Source of the DNA: Macrostomum lignano
Lineage: Eukaryota
Reading direction: 5' to 3'
Length of the DNA stretch: 64,000 nt
NCBI GenBank assembly: GCA_002269645.1
Contig: NIVC01002719.1
Span: 82,908 to 146,907 of the forward strand
Shown: in pieces, positions 61,336 to 64,000 of the stretch
Position numbering within the stretch: the first letter of the stretch is position 1
Layout of the letters: each line of letters begins with the position of its first letter
Translations under genes and position numbers: made by a program
The notes under the pieces: generated by a model
Seen by the model: only the letters and a program-made list of their open reading frames with translations
The model's database searches: none
Told to the model about the DNA's origin: nothing

Positions 61336-63264
61336 CTATTGAGTGTGAACTATTTGATTTGAGCTGCGTCAGTTAAGAGTTTTGAAAAATTCACATTTTT
61401 AGACATCTGAAAACACTTTTTTACAGAATTACCTGTGAACTATTCAGTGTGAGTTATAGTGTGAACAATTGAGATTTATTGTTTGGTAAATAAATTGTGT
61501 AGCTGCAGGAACTTTTTAGTTTGTCTGTTGCCCAAATGGGCAGCAAGAATGCTAGTAAAAGCTGGTTTCCTAAGGTCTGAATATTAATAATAAAAGGTAG
61601 GCATTGCTTTGAAACTATTCCTGAAAGTAGCACCTATCACCTGCCAAGTTGCAACAAATGCTACAAAACTTACTATGGCAGCAACAGAAGAAGCCACTTG
61701 TATCCTTGTTAATGCTAGTGTTGTCCTTTGATGCTGTTTTTGTCGTTGCCCATCCTGCTCTAAATAAACATGTTAGTAAATATTTCAGAATGATAAAAGA
61801 AACTAATTAGCTAAACACAGAAAACATGCTACTCTTTACCAAGTTAACTCAACTCTTTTCTGGTGGCAAATTTAGTTAAACTACGAACACTAGCACTGCT
61901 ACTGGATTGTGGATTAATATGCTGCAGCATAATATACTGGCATATAGGCGGTGTGTGCCATGTAGTTTTTGTGCTTTCAACATTTTTCTTGGATTTAGTG
62001 CATATTTTCTAGAGTTTTTTCAGGCATATTCCATGTTTTTGTACATGCTTCTAGGAATTCTATATCAGCAAAAAAACATCCCTTGGTAAAAATTCACCAT
62101 AAACTAAGTGTCTAGCACTTTCAAGCATTGCTTGATATAAGGAGCATTGGCATGTATATATTGTCTAGCAAAAATGCTAAATTTATAATAAATTGAGCAG
62201 AATTTATAAAAAGTGTCCACAAACTTCTACCATTAAGCAGAGTACTACAGATATTTGTACTATGCTAAACATATGAAGAAATAAAAAGAATACTTACTTC
62301 AAAACTAAAGTCTTAAGTCAAAATTATGCAAACAAAAGGAAAATTCAAGTTAAATTTGACTGATAACTACAAAATAAAATGTGAAAGGATGAGTACTTTT
62401 AAAAGATATATGTAAATATGACTATAATTTATAAAAATATGGAGCAAAAAGCAAAGCAGAGAAAAAAACGTAAATATTTGGCAGAATACAATTAATTAGC
62501 TATAAAATAATATTAAAGTACTATACTTCAGTTATATTTCAAATAAAATTTGAAGCTTACACTTACAGTGTAAAACTGATAACAATTGAATATATTACAA
62601 TTAAAACTTGTACTTGTAGAATATAATATATTGTACAATAATTATATATAATGTAGTAGGATACGAATAAATAGCGTAACAAAACCGAATATTATAGCTA
62701 CAGATTGAAGCTTGAAAATATTTCAGATTTAGATAGCGTTTGCTTAGATAAGTTGCTTTGAAAATTTGGGGTCAAATTTGTCCTACAGCAATAAACTACT
62801 GTTAACATAACCGATTTAAATTTAAATTTTTGTAGAAATTATAAGGAACAGAACGACTGAAATGTACAGTTTAATTATTTCAAAATTAAATAATTTCGAA
62901 TTCTATTTTACCTTATTGCTTTCTTCAATTAAATTTTGTTATACAATTTATAAAATGCCTATTTTCAAAATATACCTCAAAAAGTAAGTTCAACAGCTTT
63001 AAAAATGCGCACGTTTTTACACTTCACGGCTCCAAAAAGTCACCATAGAAGATTTTTGCAGGACGCAAGACTTTTTACGTTACAAAATAGCACTTTTATG
63101 TGCATTTTTTATTCAGTTTCAAAAGGCTTTTTAGTTACCTATTTGGTATTTTTTGTTTTAAAGATTTTTGCGAAATCAGGTCATTTTAACTTGTTACGAA
63201 ACTGTGGACCCACACTTTTACGCAACGCAATGCGCATGATGTCATCTTAAAGCACTTGCTAAAT

Positions 63265-64000
63265 GCTATTTATTGACACTACACTGAAGGCCTGGCGTAG
63301 GATAGTTAATAAATGGCAGCGTGAAATATAGCAAAAAAACGCATAGTACCGGAACCTCGTAATTCGGTAAAATGTTAATAGCGTCAAAATACGAATTTTC
63401 GCACACTAACGAAGATGGCAGTCATCTGTACGTGTTTACTGGGCACAATAGTGCTCTTGGAAGCTAAGAACCTCATAGCGAAAATTAATATATTTTCCGC
63501 CCTATGTAGTGCTCAAATGGGTTGTTTTTGCACAAAATCACGTTTTTTCGATTTTGAGAGTCAATTAAAAATTTTTTTTGCAACTGACAGACGTGAATGT
63601 CACTTTTCTGAGAGTATTCATCTAGATGTTTCTAATAAGTACTAATATGGGTCATTCTTATGCTTCACCTATCCTTAGTATAGGTACAAAGTCATTATTT
63701 CATTTCCAGCAAGTCACGTGACCTGGCCTGAGGTGTACAACGCATCGTGCAATGCCAGCGAACATACACTCAAATTAAAGCACTTTTTAAATGCTAACTA
63801 TTGACACCACACTGAAGGCCTGGCGTAGCATCGTTAATAAATGGCAGCGTGAAATATAGCAAAAAACGCATAACACCGGAACCTCGTAATTCGGTAAATG
63901 TTATTAGCGTAAAAATACGAATTTTCGCACACTAACGAAGATAGCAGTCATCTGTACGTGTTTACTGGGCACAATAGTGCTCTTGGAAGCTAAGAACACT
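63265..64000. repeat. 528-bp-period tandem duplication running off the window end
   Basis: actgaaggcctggcgtag...ggaagctaagaac starts at 63283 and at 63811. Confidence 0.85.

Overview
Eukaryotic (animal) repeat-dense region. I recognised no ordinary host gene, rRNA, tRNA or CRISPR array. A Macrostomum-type flatworm origin is my inference, from the style of the RTE LINE and a near match to the M. lignano spliced leader as I recall it. The window is a nest of mobile elements. (1) Polinton/Maverick (adintovirus-like) material occurs in several blocks: a decayed penton-adenain-fibre-gasderminX-pPolB cassette (12.3-21.2 kb); a 3.9-kb TIR-bounded derivative inserted into that pPolB with a perfect 6-bp TSD, carrying terminal fold-back hairpins and a D5-like helicase; a diverged sister left end (21.25-21.8 kb); and an ATPase/coiled-coil/gasderminX block (26-28.6 kb). 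(2) LTR elements: a full-length Gypsy (37716-42058), a decayed Gypsy pol, a near-perfect non-coding LTR element (44776-46627) and several fragments. (3) DNA transposons: P-element/THAP9-like, Tc1, hAT-like MITEs, a Crypton-like fragment, a MULE with an apparent USP deubiquitinase domain, and an OTU-Rep-PIF1 Helentron next to a 4.2-kb 15-bp satellite. (4) Two minimal hammerhead ribozymes and several satellites. All family assignments come from by-eye translation and motif recognition; no database search was run, and most boundaries without a TSD are approximate.
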